A DNA stretch of 64,000 nt. Source: Enoplolaimus lenunculus (lineage: Eukaryota). How positions within the stretch are numbered: position 1 is the first letter of the stretch; every line of letters begins with the position of its first letter. A program made the position numbers and the translations under genes. Of this stretch, positions 24,245 to 35,770 are shown piece by piece. Where the stretch lies: contig JASANG010002792.1 of NCBI GenBank assembly GCA_030248215.1, positions 434,001-498,000 on the forward strand, given 5' to 3'. A model generated the notes under the pieces. That model saw only the letters and a list, made by a program, of their open reading frames with translations. It did no database searches and was not told the origin of the DNA.

Positions 24245-27200
24245 TTACAGTTCAACAGATTCAGCATCGCTGACATCATTGTAGCTAACTTGGTCGTTGA
24301 CAGTGCCCGGCGTCGAGGGAGATGGAACGCCCTGGTTGGCTCGACCCTTCCCGTCAACGAAGGTAGAAGATTCGAGAGGGAAAAGCAGACGTAACGGGCG
24401 ATTTATTAATTTTTTGTTGTGTAGCTGAAGAATGACTGAGCGGCAACGACCATCGGATCCGTGCTTCAAATCTATGATTTTTGCTAACTTCCAACTGTTA
24501 CGGGGTAAATTGTCTTTCACTATTACGATGGTTCCCACTGCCGGTGTCAAGGGGCTGCCATTGCGATGTTGGGTAGGTTTAGACTGGGATCGCACACCCA
24601 GAAGATATTGATTTTTCCAAATCGTCCAAAAATTGTCCAGCATGCCTTGAATCCTCTTCCACTCAAGGATCAGCTGATCAGGAGTCGAGATTGTAGGGCA
24701 ATTACCCTTCACGATCCGAAATCTTGGAACCTGAGGTTTTGGACCCCCGAGAAAGTGTGATGGAGTCAGTGGTGGAATTGACATGTCCGATTCGGAGTAT
24801 AGCAAAGGGCGGGAGTTGACAATCGCTGAAACTTCGAGGATAATTGTTTGTAGCTCCATCAATGACACGCATCGAGCATCGAACACTTTTTTCAGTGCAG
24901 ACTTAACAATTCCCACCATCCTTTCATAGAACCCGCCCATCCAAGGCGAAAGTTCTGTGATAAATTTCCATTCGATTCCACGGGTTGCTACGAAGTCGAC
25001 TACGGTTGAATCAAGTAATACAGTGCGCCACAACTTGGAAAACATAGCATTGGCGGCTATGAATTGCTTAGCGTTGTCCGAAACAATAAGGCGTGGTTTG
25101 CCAAATCGTGCGAAAAATCGTCGTAGACACAAGATGAATTGATGAGCATTCATTTGCTCGACGATTTCCAAGTGCACTGCTCGAATCACAGTACACGAGA
25201 ACAAACATACCCAAACTTTGGTGAGTGTCTTGTCTGGTGATTTAATCAACAAAGGGCCGAGATAATCAATCCCAACACAAGAAAAGGGTTGGCAGCGGTT
25301 CACTCGAAATTCCGGCAACGGCGGAAGGTTTTGCTCTTGGAAGCAACCGCCATGAGCAATACGACAGATCATACACGCCTTGATCACACGCTTTACCTGT
25401 GCACGACCGGATGGGATCCAATACTGATATCGAAGTTGGGACAACGTATGAGCTGTCCCTGCATGACACAGACGACGATGAATGTCATCAATGACGAGGT
25501 CTGTGAAGTGATTGGACTTCGGCAACAATTTTGGATATTTGGCGTCATCATCAAGATCAGCATATTGCAGTCGACTACCACAACGGATAAACCCTTCCTG
25601 ATCCACAAACAGTTGGAGGGCCTTAAATGAATGGGGAAATTTGCCTTTTCTTCCTTTGGAAAACATGTTGGGGAAGCCTGTTTGTTGCACGCGACGCTCC
25701 CAGAATGCTTGGGATTCAGATAATTCGGCAGCGGTTAAAGGGCCAGACACCGATTTCTTCTGACAATTGTTAATGAATCGCCGAATCCATGCAGTAACCC
25801 GTATCAAATGGGTCAACCGAGAGAATCGATCAATCACAATGATGTCATCTGGCGCAGGTCCTTCAGCATTGTGTTGGATACTGCCGGTAGAAGGGTCATT
25901 CGAGTCATTAAGCAACGATACGGAACCGTCTATGTTCTCTGGCCACGAGTCACGAATGAGCCAATCAGGACCGTTCCACCAGAGATGATTGCTCATTAGT
26001 GAATTCAATGTGCAACCACGAGACGACAAATCAGCTGGATTACACTCGGTTGGAACGTAACGGAAGGTAATATCGCTGTGTGAGTTGATTTCGCGAATTC
26101 GATTCTGCACAAACACAGTGGAAATTGACTCCTTTCGTTGCCAATGCAATACGCATTGAGAATCCGACCACACGATTTTGCTATCAATAGTAAGTTTCAA
26201 TTGTCGAGCAACAAATTGTATCAGGCGGGTGCCGATCAACAAGGCCATCAGCTCCAGTCGTGGAATTGACAAGCGTTTGACAGGAGCGACTCGTGATTTG
26301 GCAAAAACTAGACGTGCGGTGACACCATTAGCAGTCTGTGTACGAAGATAGATGGCGGCAGCGAACGCCTTTGCAGACGCGTCACAAAACGCGTGTAGCT
26401 GGTATGTTCCGTCGGCTGGAGTCGATGGACCGATATAGCGAGTAATTTTGTGCTCGGCGATGCCTTGGAGACTTGATGCGCAGCGTTTCCACTGCTCGAT
26501 AATAGCTGCCGGAAGCTCGTCGTCCCAGCCATATTTTTCGAGCCAAAGGGTTTGGATCAATATTTTCCCAACAACAGTGACGGGTGAGAAATATCCACAT
26601 GGGTCGAACACGCTGGCCAGGCATTTCAGCATCAACCTCTTCGTCGCCACCGAGGATAAATCGGCATTGAACGAAGAACAAGACAGCGTGTCAAATTTGG
26701 TATTCCACACTAACCCGAGTACCTTCGTGATATCAGATTTCCCACGATCTTCCGGAGCAATGGATTCCTGCAATGTCTGACTGTTAGAGAACCATTCTCG
26801 AAGATTCATTGCAGCATCATTAAATATTTGTTTGGCAGACGTGTAAAACTTGATGGCGGCTTCATCCGACGATGCACCGGTAATTACATTGTCCACGTAA
26901 ACGTTTTTACGGATTCGATCAGCAACGGGGTCACTAGACTGTTGCAGGTGATGCTGGATCACTGCCGCCAGGAGAAAGGGACTAGCAACAGCTCCGAAGC
27001 AAACACGGGTGAAGCGATAGGTGATGATGTTGTTGCCGTAAGGTGGGCGGTTTCGATCTTCGACCCACAAAAATCTAGCGACATCTCGTGAGGGCACATC
27101 AAGTCCAACTTGCAGAAATGCCTTCTCGATGTCACTTACCAATCCGACTGGCGACAAACGAAAACGGATGATGAGACCACATAAATCGTCCAGAATTACT

Positions 27201-29593
27201 GGACAACGGTACATGCAGTCGTTAAGACTGGGACTGTCCTTACTGGCTTTGGCGGACGCATCATAGACTATGCGCACTTTGGTGGTAGCTTTAGATGGTG
27301 TAACAACGGCATGATGTGGTATATAATGTGTTGGGTGGCCAGGTTCATCATCTGTAACACGCTCGATGATTCCCTTTGCTTCCTGATCCACGATGATTTG
27401 TTGGTAGGCGTCGAACAGCTGGGAATCAGGAACAACCCGTTTCAGTGTGGAAATAAGACGTTTTTTTGCGAGATATTGATTCGTTGGAAGGGGCGGAGCA
27501 TCTGCCTTCATTGGCCAAGAAACTTGATATCGACCGTCAATGCGTTGAATCGATTTATTAAACAAGCGCACAGCTTCTTCATCTTCATTGGATGACGCGG
27601 GAGGCTTTACACCGATGTCCTCCAAATTCCAAAACTGCTCGATGGCAACGTTGGTGTCCGGAGTAGCGGACAAGTGCATCGCTGTGACGTCGTGTGGGTT
27701 GGACTTTTCAGAAGTAACGATCTTCCCCGAAGCGATAAATCCGAGAGTCGACGATACGAAAAGTAGTCCATCGGAACACTGCACGCGAGCCGTGCCGACA
27801 AAATCGTAATAATAGTCGAGCCCAATTAAAATGTCAACAGGCACCATTTCCGTTTGCTGAGCAATTGGTTCCGCAAGAACGAGTTGTTTGATCATTGGAT
27901 ACCTTGTAGAGTCGATTGCAATCTTCTGGATTGGACAAGAAATTTCGTCGATGACGTTGGCGGTGATGGTCTTAGTTGATCCATTGCTGAGGATAACGTG
28001 AAATCGGGCAATTTCATACTTCTTAGTTTTTCGCTTTGTGTCCGCAAAACCGGCGGTCGATATGTATTCAGTGCCCAACATGCGGGCCCCGATTTGCTTC
28101 ACTAAACGAGTGGTGATAAAAGTCCGAGAACAGCCGGTGTCGAACAAAAGTCTAGCTGTAGATCTGCGTAAACCTTCTATTGGGGCAACAGCAGTTTGCA
28201 GGACGACCTTTTCACCGTGTGACAACAATGACATATTTGCTGGCGTCACAATTCGTGACGGATCAGACCCGTGTGTTATTAAAGCCGAATCCGGCTTAAC
28301 AGCCATTTCATCAGATTTGAATTTGGACAGACACATGCTGCGATGATGTGTTGATTTTTTGCAATACACGCATGGGCGAGAGTGTGGACAAGCTTTCACC
28401 AAGTGTCCTGTTTTGAGGCAGACAAAGCATGCATTGCCAATACGTTTACGCCGAGAGGGAACATCGGGGTAGGTGGCACACTGGTCGCTGAAATGTGCTT
28501 CATCGCAATAGGCGCATCGTGGGCCTTTAGGCTTTCCGTTGGTGTTGTTTGTTAGAAGTGATGCAGAACCACCCGACAAAGATTTCGGACGAGACGAGGT
28601 ATTTTGCTGGCCAGCACGCTGCTGAGAGGTGCTCCCTGAATGACGGTCCGATGGGGCCTTCGGTCCAAACGTCCGTTGACTGAAGTCCCGAGCTCGAATT
28701 TCACTCTTCAGCGATTCTCTGAGATTGCCAAGAGTCCAGGGCTTCGAACCATTTTGACGATATAATTCCATTTTGACAAATGTTGGCAGCTTAGATAAGA
28801 TTATGGGTGTAAATACCTGTCCAAAGGTATCTTCTGGCAGTCCCAAGGCTTTGAGGCTACGAATATGGCGCTCACATTCGTCGTATGTAGTCTGCAGTTT
28901 TTGGGCGTCATGCGTCACGACGGGAAGGGCTAGCATGGATTCAAAATGTGTAAATATCGCTACCTGTTTATTACCAAACCGTTCCTTAAGAATCTCAACC
29001 ACCGAATCATAATTCTCAGTGGTAAGCCTAAACCCATCAACCACTCGCAACGCTTCCCCGGCCAAATACCCTTTTAAATACTTAAATTTATCGATAGTAG
29101 AAAGGTCTAAATTTGTATCGATTGTTGAACTGAAAGTGTCCCAAAACTCATCCCACTTTAGGGGGTCCCCCCTAAATGGTGTTATTTCGAGCTTGGGTAA
29201 CTTTACCGAAGCGTTATGAGAGTGCCCGAAAGATGTATTGTTAGCCGACCCACTAGGTGACCCCGTAACCGGTAGTGTAGAAACGGAATGAAAAAGTTTT
29301 ATCTTAGTTTTTAGTTTAGACAAAGTGTTCAAAACAGATTCATCAATTTCACTCGACTTCTGAATTTCAGAAGAAATATCGTTATCAGTGGTTAGGCTTG
29401 CCAAAATTTCATCATTAAGTGTTTCCAAGCGTGCCCGATAGTCGATTAGTTTTTCAATACATACTTCGGCTTCTTCAATAGTGTTTGAGGTTACTACATT
29501 CCCTATTTGATTAGAATTTTGAATTTCTTTAGTAACATTAGCACGCACTGCACCACGCTGTTTTATACGTGTAGCTATCGTTTTTGAATCCAT
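24245..29593 (-). CDS. BEL/Pao Gag-Pol polyprotein (1782 aa)
   Basis: Gag LPKLEITPFRGDPLKWDEFWDTF; three Cys/His knuckles (CAYCDEAHFSDQC, CFVCLKTGHLVKAC, CVYCKKSTHHRSMC); protease LFDTG; RT SDIEKAFLQV and YVDN; RNase H FCDAS; integrase HHCC, IDYLGP, SDNA, GGFYERMV. Domain order is PR-RT-RH-IN. Confidence 0.97.
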   Translation of the reverse strand: MDSKTIATRIKQRGAVRANVTKEIQNSNQIGNVVTSNTIEEAEVCIEKLIDYRARLETLNDEILASLTTDNDISSEIQKSSEIDESVLNTLSKLKTKIKLFHSVSTLPVTGSPSGSANNTSFGHSHNASVKLPKLEITPFRGDPLKWDEFWDTFSSTIDTNLDLSTIDKFKYLKGYLAGEALRVVDGFRLTTENYDSVVEILKERFGNKQVAIFTHFESMLALPVVTHDAQKLQTTYDECERHIRSLKALGLPEDTFGQVFTPIILSKLPTFVKMELYRQNGSKPWTLGNLRESLKSEIRARDFSQRTFGPKAPSDRHSGSTSQQRAGQQNTSSRPKSLSGGSASLLTNNTNGKPKGPRCAYCDEAHFSDQCATYPDVPSRRKRIGNACFVCLKTGHLVKACPHSRPCVYCKKSTHHRSMCLSKFKSDEMAVKPDSALITHGSDPSRIVTPANMSLLSHGEKVVLQTAVAPIEGLRRSTARLLFDTGCSRTFITTRLVKQIGARMLGTEYISTAGFADTKRKTKKYEIARFHVILSNGSTKTITANVIDEISCPIQKIAIDSTRYPMIKQLVLAEPIAQQTEMVPVDILIGLDYYYDFVGTARVQCSDGLLFVSSTLGFIASGKIVTSEKSNPHDVTAMHLSATPDTNVAIEQFWNLEDIGVKPPASSNEDEEAVRLFNKSIQRIDGRYQVSWPMKADAPPLPTNQYLAKKRLISTLKRVVPDSQLFDAYQQIIVDQEAKGIIERVTDDEPGHPTHYIPHHAVVTPSKATTKVRIVYDASAKASKDSPSLNDCMYRCPVILDDLCGLIIRFRLSPVGLVSDIEKAFLQVGLDVPSRDVARFLWVEDRNRPPYGNNIITYRFTRVCFGAVASPFLLAAVIQHHLQQSSDPVADRIRKNVYVDNVITGASSDEAAIKFYTSAKQIFNDAAMNLREWFSNSQTLQESIAPEDRGKSDITKVLGLVWNTKFDTLSCSSFNADLSSVATKRLMLKCLASVFDPCGYFSPVTVVGKILIQTLWLEKYGWDDELPAAIIEQWKRCASSLQGIAEHKITRYIGPSTPADGTYQLHAFCDASAKAFAAAIYLRTQTANGVTARLVFAKSRVAPVKRLSIPRLELMALLIGTRLIQFVARQLKLTIDSKIVWSDSQCVLHWQRKESISTVFVQNRIREINSHSDITFRYVPTECNPADLSSRGCTLNSLMSNHLWWNGPDWLIRDSWPENIDGSVSLLNDSNDPSTGSIQHNAEGPAPDDIIVIDRFSRLTHLIRVTAWIRRFINNCQKKSVSGPLTAAELSESQAFWERRVQQTGFPNMFSKGRKGKFPHSFKALQLFVDQEGFIRCGSRLQYADLDDDAKYPKLLPKSNHFTDLVIDDIHRRLCHAGTAHTLSQLRYQYWIPSGRAQVKRVIKACMICRIAHGGCFQEQNLPPLPEFRVNRCQPFSCVGIDYLGPLLIKSPDKTLTKVWVCLFSCTVIRAVHLEIVEQMNAHQFILCLRRFFARFGKPRLIVSDNAKQFIAANAMFSKLWRTVLLDSTVVDFVATRGIEWKFITELSPWMGGFYERMVGIVKSALKKVFDARCVSLMELQTIILEVSAIVNSRPLLYSESDMSIPPLTPSHFLGGPKPQVPRFRIVKGNCPTISTPDQLILEWKRIQGMLDNFWTIWKNQYLLGVRSQSKPTQHRNGSPLTPAVGTIVIVKDNLPRNSWKLAKIIDLKHGSDGRCRSVILQLHNKKLINRPLRLLFPLESSTFVDGKGRANQGVPSPSTPGTVNDQVSYNDVSDAESVEL

Positions 29594-29778
29594 TTAAAGC
29601 GAGTATTCTAATAGTACATAGCGCAAAATAATTATACTATACACTGACCGATTGTCCGTTGATTCTCAAATCTGAGAATGTGGCGATCCACAAACAGCTT
29701 GATGCAACACGGAGAGTTTGAAATCTCAAACAAACAGAAGCGAGGTAGAGCAATTCTTAGCAACTGGTTCGATAGTGG

Positions 29779-29788
29779 CGAAGGACCA
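29779..29788 (-). promoter_or_regulatory. Primer-binding site (TGGTCCTTCG, tRNA-Tyr-like)
   Basis: Directly abuts the 5' LTR and is complementary to a tRNA 3' end CGAAGGA-CCA, as in animal tRNA-Tyr (recalled, not searched). Confidence 0.7.
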
Positions 29789-30137
29789 TGTAGAATATTT
29801 GTGGCGATGCGATAATATATGAATTGAATGCAATTGGTCGATATAATAATTTGCAATACGCAAACGAAAGACACACAACTCGGCTATTTGGCTCAATCAA
29901 ATTACAAATTCATTGGTTTAATTAATATGAACTTATGGATGAATGTGTAACTGCTTATACAGTGAGGTTTCTGACCTCTGAAAAATAATAATCTTTCTTC
30001 CTTCAACGCTATGTATATATATATATATATGATAATTATATAACTAAATGTAAATTTTCAAGCATAAATTTCCTAGCTACAGGAAAAATTCAGAAGAGCG
30101 TTTATGCAAATCAACCAGAATTTCGATAGATTTGACA
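29789..30137 (-). repeat. 5' LTR
   Basis: Direct repeat of 22561-22909, followed on the + strand by the TSD GGAGG. Confidence 0.95.
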
Positions 30138-30151
30138 GGAGGAATGATCTT

Positions 30152-30602
30152 TAAGCCTAAAGCATAAACCTAAGCGTAAACCTAAACCCAAGCCTAAAGC
30201 CTAAGCCTAAGCCGAAGTATCAGATTCAGCCCAAGTTTCATTTAGGATCTAATCCATGTTTACACCAAAGCTCATTCCTAAGCCTCAGCCGAATCCTAAA
30301 GCTTATGCCATTTACGGTCTAATTTATGCTTAAACCAAGCCTGCTCCTAAAGCCCAGGCCTAAAACCTAAGATTTATCCCAAGGGACATTCAAGATATAA
30401 CCTGTGTTCAAACTGTAGCCTATTCCTAAAGCCTCTGTCTAAGCCTAAGCCTATGCCATTTACGGTCTAAATCTATGTTTAAACGAAAGCATGCTCCTGG
30501 GTATAAGCCTCAACCCATGCCTTAGCCAGAGCCTAAGCAAAAGCCGAAGCTTAAACCTATTAAACCTAAGCCTAAGATGTAACCTAGTCTAATCCTAAAC
30601 CT
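30152..30602. repeat. Degenerate interstitial telomere-like array (GCCTAA)n
   Basis: Dense aagcctaagcctaa / aacctaa variants, the complement of the nematode telomeric repeat TTAGGC. Confidence 0.75.
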
Positions 30603-30626
30603 ATTATGGCTAATAAAGCACCTCTA

Positions 30627-31064
30627 CTGCATTGACCCGAATAAAAGGGGGACTGATATTTATTTGGCCTCTCCAGAGGGTACCCCATGGTTATTCGGTT
30701 ACGGACTGTTATTTATTTTTAACCCACGCTCCGCCGCCCTTCGTTACTGATATATATCGGGTACTGCAATTATCCGTTGAATTAAACGTTTGTCTTGTGT
30801 CAATAGCTTGAGCGATAATACAAAGATATACTTAGGAATGTAGTTTCAAAATTTAAGTACGCTTTAAAGTTTCGAACTCAAATTATTTGGATCCTGGAGT
30901 CATTCATGCGCAACAAATAGGGTTATTTGTCATTTATAGACTCTAATTAGGATTTAGGGACTCTATCTGCTTACGGACTCTTATTAGAGATACGGACTCC
31001 TATTGATTCGAACCCAAAATGGGGACCCCCTCTTATTACCCCCCTCTTATTCGGGTCAATACAG
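30627..31064. mobile_element. MITE family B copy
   Basis: ta|ctgcattgacccgaataaaagggg ... cccctcttattcgggtcaatacag|ta. Confidence 0.85.
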
Positions 31065-32259
31065 TAATGTCTTTAAGTTTTACCCCGGATCCTGCGCGTA
31101 AATACCCTGTTTAAAACTAAGCCTAAGACGGAGTCTCGCCTAATCTCATTAAACCTTAATCTTGAGACAAAGGATTGTCTAACTCTAAAACTTGAGCCTA
31201 AGATTAAGCCCAAGAAAATGCTTGCGTTGAATTCTATTGAACTCAAGAATTCCGAAACCCCAAAGTCCAAACATCCCATCACGAACAAAAACTATTAAGT
31301 TTTTAGCTGGGACGATGGAATTTTGTGACGGCAGTAAAGTATACATGGCTCAATGGCGGATTCCAAAATTTCTGACTAGGGCGGGCTGGTAAATGCTATG
31401 AAACTCGAAATTTATAACGTAGGGACCTTTTCATCGTAGCACTAAAAATTTTCTCTGGAGTTTTTACAGTGCCTGAAATTTAATATTCGCCTAACTATTT
31501 CGCATATAAATACTTTCAATATCCAAGTGATATTTGAATTCGTCACTCTTCGATTGAGAACTACATCACTTATCATCGTTCAGCTGTAACAGTTTGTAAA
31601 AGATCTAGAATGACGGAAGACCTTAGCGTCTTGCAGAGCACTGCGCATATGTGCAATAAATTGCAGTCAAATAGAGTACCTGTCCTCGCATCGCTTTACT
31701 GCGTAAATTGAGCGCTTGGTTTTTTAATCTATTTTCATTCCACTTAAAAAGGGCTTATTATCAAATTATTGATATATCCCTCAATTTGTCTATTGACTTG
31801 TGGGATTTCTGTCTATAAATGCGTAGCTAGTGGTGTATATTGTTATTTCTTGTGATTCTCATATTTTTAAAACGAGAACCGAGCGTGATACTGGTGGTTT
31901 CAGAGTGGTGTTATTTTCAAATGCGTCGTTACAGTGTTTAATATTATTAACCCCTTTCGCACATGAATATTTTCTTTCCTGCTCCTCCTTGCAAGTTTTA
32001 ACTCCGCAATTATAAATTTTCACACATAACAAATGACAATGCTTGATTAATTTTTAAAACTTGTATATTGGCCGGCCGCTGGCCAATAACCGGCCTACCG
32101 ATCAAACGTCTCCACTATGCAATGCAAAATGCCACAATCCACAATATAGTTGCCCATTGTAATTTTGAGAACCGCAGTAGTATATGTATATTCCAACGCC
32201 TAAGTACAAGATTAGTCATGTGCATAAAGTTATTACAATAAACACAATTTATATGTACA

Positions 32260-35200
32260 ATGTTTGTGCTCGCCCGTATGACTGACACCGTTAAAATTCT
32301 CCCGTCCGATTTTCAGAAAGATTTTCAGGATGTGTTGAAGACTGTTCTGAATGGGAAATTTTCAAATAAGGTAGGTATGTAAGCGGCGCATTGCAAATAA
32401 GGTAGGTATGTAACCGGCGCAACTTATTTAATATAACATTTTATAAGGATGTAAACCATACGCTGTCATCAACTATTGCCAAAGCATAGGCTACGGAAAT
32501 TGAACACTGTTGTACCAAAGCATGGTATTTTTATGTTGCTTACTATGCATAGGTTTAAATTTTATAGTATTGAATCGCCAATACGACTTAAGTATTAGAC
32601 CACATTTGATGGCTACTAATTAAGTATGATTAACTTTTTAGATTTAGACATTTCGTAATGTTTGTCTGTCGTAAAATTGCTTGTAAGGTAGTACTGTATG
32701 TACTAGATTTCGGTTGCCGGTGATTAAAATGTTTGATTGCTTTTGTACTTCGGTTTGTTTATTTTAGGTAGTTCTGAATGTCGGTCTTTGCGTATGTTTC
32801 TTTGATTTTGAACGAATTGAGGAATCTTTTATACTTCCTGGCGACGGAGCTTCTCACACAAAGGGTACTCAAGTAATTATTTAGTCATAGTTTTGGTAAC
32901 CTGTTTTTATTAATAATTTGCTGTCGTTCGTTTTTAGGAGTAATATTGCAAGTTATGTGTGTTTTTCGAAGTTCTATGTTTCCATGCATTACTTAAATAT
33001 GTTCGGGCCTTTGATGTAAGAACGGTTATTCCACTGTTATGATCTCCAACTGTTTTCCCTGGTTTTGGTTGATTGTTATATTATAAACATTTTTAGTTGC
33101 TTCAAATTTTGCTCAGTTACGGCCCTTCTAATTAAAATTTAACGCACACTTAATATCTTTTTGCATATTACATTACAGTACATTTTCGGTTTGTGGTATT
33201 CCGGCCGTTCATTGATGAAATTTTGGTCGGTAAAATTAAGTCGTGCGATCGATCTGGAGTTACAGGTAACGTAGGTGCTGGTGTGTTGCAAACCATGGTC
33301 ATTCATAAGTTTTATTGAAAAGTAGCAAGCATCTGTGAGATTCAATTGCGGTTTTTTAATTAGACGGAATTTAACCGCGACGTACGTACTTTAAACAGAC
33401 TGTAAAACTATTAAAGTTTTTTATCTTGCCACAAATTGTACGTAAAGGTTAACCATGATAATAAAATTATACTATACTACACTCTGGCTTCTCCACAGCG
33501 GGGGGGCAGCACTTTTCGAAATTTTCATTTCCCCACCCGGCGAAAATTTTGCCGCCCCCGGAAAGGCCCCCCGGCGAATTTTCAGCCGCTCCCTAGCAAA
33601 ATGCCCCCAGCAAATTTTTTTGCTGGGGCCCCCACAACTTTTCTAAGCCAAAAGTTTTCAATGTTAAAACATAAAGCCTGGACTTTTTTGAGACGGGCAT
33701 TCGGCAAAATGTGATTTTATATTACGCTGAGTACTCATAATTTTTTATAGCGTTACAAATACCGGTAGTAACTAGTACAATTCAATAATGAACTGAAAAA
33801 AGCACAATTATATAAAGACCGTTTCAGGGCATACAGCATTCGAAAGAACCTTGCAGCATCAAGTTCAACCCGCCTGAGCCTTATGATAAACTGAAGCTGT
33901 GACTAATATATAAAATATATGTTAATCACAGTTTCAATTATAGATTATCTATATTTTATATAATTGTGCTTCTTTCAACTTCTGGTAAAGTTGTCAGTAA
34001 TATTAGATAAAATTATTGTTATTAGCGTTTGCGGGGAATTTTTATCATGTTGAGCGATGAGTAATCTTCAGTTGAGTTGGAAACACGATCTAGAATAAAA
34101 AATGGTCCAAAAAGTCGGCTTGCAAAATTTTAAGCCTGCCCCCCAGGACCCCCCAGATCATCTGGGGGGCCCCCTAAGAAAACTGCCCCCCCCCCCAGCA
34201 AAATTAGCTGCCCCCCCAGGAAACTCCTGCCCCTCAGGAAACGCCCCCGGCGGAAATTTTCAAGCTGTGGAGAAGCCAGATACTCATAATGGTCGTACCT
34301 AGTCATATATTTTCGAAATTTTACGGTTTATAACTATGTTTTACACCAGTATTTATTTTAGTATCGATGGGCTTTTTTGACGATATATTTGTTCCTGATA
34401 GCAGGCTGCCGGAGAATAGCACATTGTAAGTGTATTTTATTTTATTTCATTTTATTCCAACTTCGTATGAATCGGTGTTTGTTTCCGCTGTAACTGAAAA
34501 AATGCGTTTACACTGCTACGTAGAGCGCATACATGCATTTTCTATTACATATACTGTGGTACGTACAACGTACTATTTTATTTATAATCTTCTCGTAAAA
34601 CAGTTCGTTTTTACTATGAAACAACCTATTCACTATTCAGCGTTTAGCATTTTTTCTGAAGGCGTAAATCTACAGTAATGTAATTACTGTTGTTTACGTG
34701 GAGTTGTGCTTTTGAATTCGTGCACACCGAACAAAACTTGGGACCTAGATTTTGACAGTTAGCATAGCAAACAGTGACAATTTCTATTTATTTTGGAAAA
34801 CGTAGTTTCACTCGAGTGACAATTTCTATTTATTTTGGAAAACGTAGTTTCACTGCATTAACGTCCACCAATAGTACACGTAGAGTTTGGCTGCGCTCAT
34901 TTAAATGTCTTGTAGTGTTGCTTACTGGTGTTTATTTTATTGCAGCAATGAATCAGACCAGGTATGGATATGGAAGTACGAAGTAGAACCAGGAAATGTT
35001 GCTGATATGTTCATGGAACCTGGTTTGGATATTAGGTATATATGTAAATGTTACTTCTAGAAATCCGTTAATAGCTTGTTTGATAGCGTTGTCAGTAACT
35101 TTGGCAGACCAGACGCTTAATGTGAAATTAAATTTTTAAGTCGGTAGTAATCACTTCTATTTACAAAATACTTAATCGACATTGTAGATTTCGAGTAGTT

Positions 35201-35770
35201 GAAGAAGAGTTCTATGATAATCAACCGCCACATCCTGGGGAAACTCCGGTGGATGACTACTATGTACCGCTTCAGCCAGGGTCACAGAAGCCGTCTTATC
35301 TGATTCTGGTAAGTTTATTAACCTGTTTGCTAGACAGAATTTCATCTCTGTTGGTTCAATCATGAATATCGAATTAATGAAACTGCTGTTTAAAAGTAAA
35401 TCCGACTCAGATTTAAGTAACAAATTCATCCGTTTTCGAAATGCATAGCAAATCGTTACATCGTGTACTTGTTAAGGCTATTAGCTTCTGTGATGTGCAA
35501 AAAATTGTTTCAGGACATTATAACTTTGCACTCTCCTTTTTTGTTTGCATTATTTGATTTCGGAGAAAAAGTATGACTAGACTAGTGCCAAATGGTTGTA
35601 AAAACATACTCAGTAAATATGAGGATGAATATCCTTTTAGTTTATGAAAGCAGACAGAAAAGAGAAGTAGTGTAGAATATACAATTTTTCGTGTAATTCT
35701 GTGAGCATATTTAGGTTTGTAGGGCTCAATGAATGAATCTGGTTTGGGCTGTATTGATTGGTGGAAATGA
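32260..35770 (+). CDS. POLR3H: DNA-directed RNA polymerase III subunit RPC8 (RPC25)
   Basis: Exons: 32260-32370 ([15 protein letters not shown]), 32768-32864 ([22 protein letters not shown]), 33179-33265 ([23 protein letters not shown]), 34362-34425 ([11 protein letters not shown]), 34946-35035 (QVWIWKY), 35188-35308 (RFRVVEEEF), 35723-35770 ([15 protein letters not shown]). The gene is missed by the ORF track. Confidence 0.93.
33483..34280. mobile_element. ~800-bp non-autonomous DNA transposon in POLR3H intron 3
   Basis: Perfect 17-bp TIR tctggcttctccacagc / gctgtggagaagccaga, with C/G-run-rich subterminal regions and an AT-rich core. TSD unclear. Confidence 0.75.
34773..34854. repeat. 42-bp-period tandem duplication (intronic)
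   Basis: agtgacaatttctatttattttggaaaacgtagtttcact occurs twice. Confidence 0.85.

Larger units (their letters stand above)
22561..30137 (-). mobile_element. Full-length BEL/Pao (Belpaoviridae) LTR retrotransposon with an extra 3' ORF
   Basis: 349-bp direct repeats TG..CA at 22561-22909 and 29789-30137; 5-bp TSD GGAGG at 22556-22560 and 30138-30142; PBS next to the 5' LTR; intact Gag-Pol with BEL/Pao hallmarks. Confidence 0.97.

Noticed and set aside
24566..29219. Many short antisense or alternate-frame ORFs within Gag-Pol
   Set aside because: These are expected shadows of a long, GC-richer coding region and have no independent motifs.
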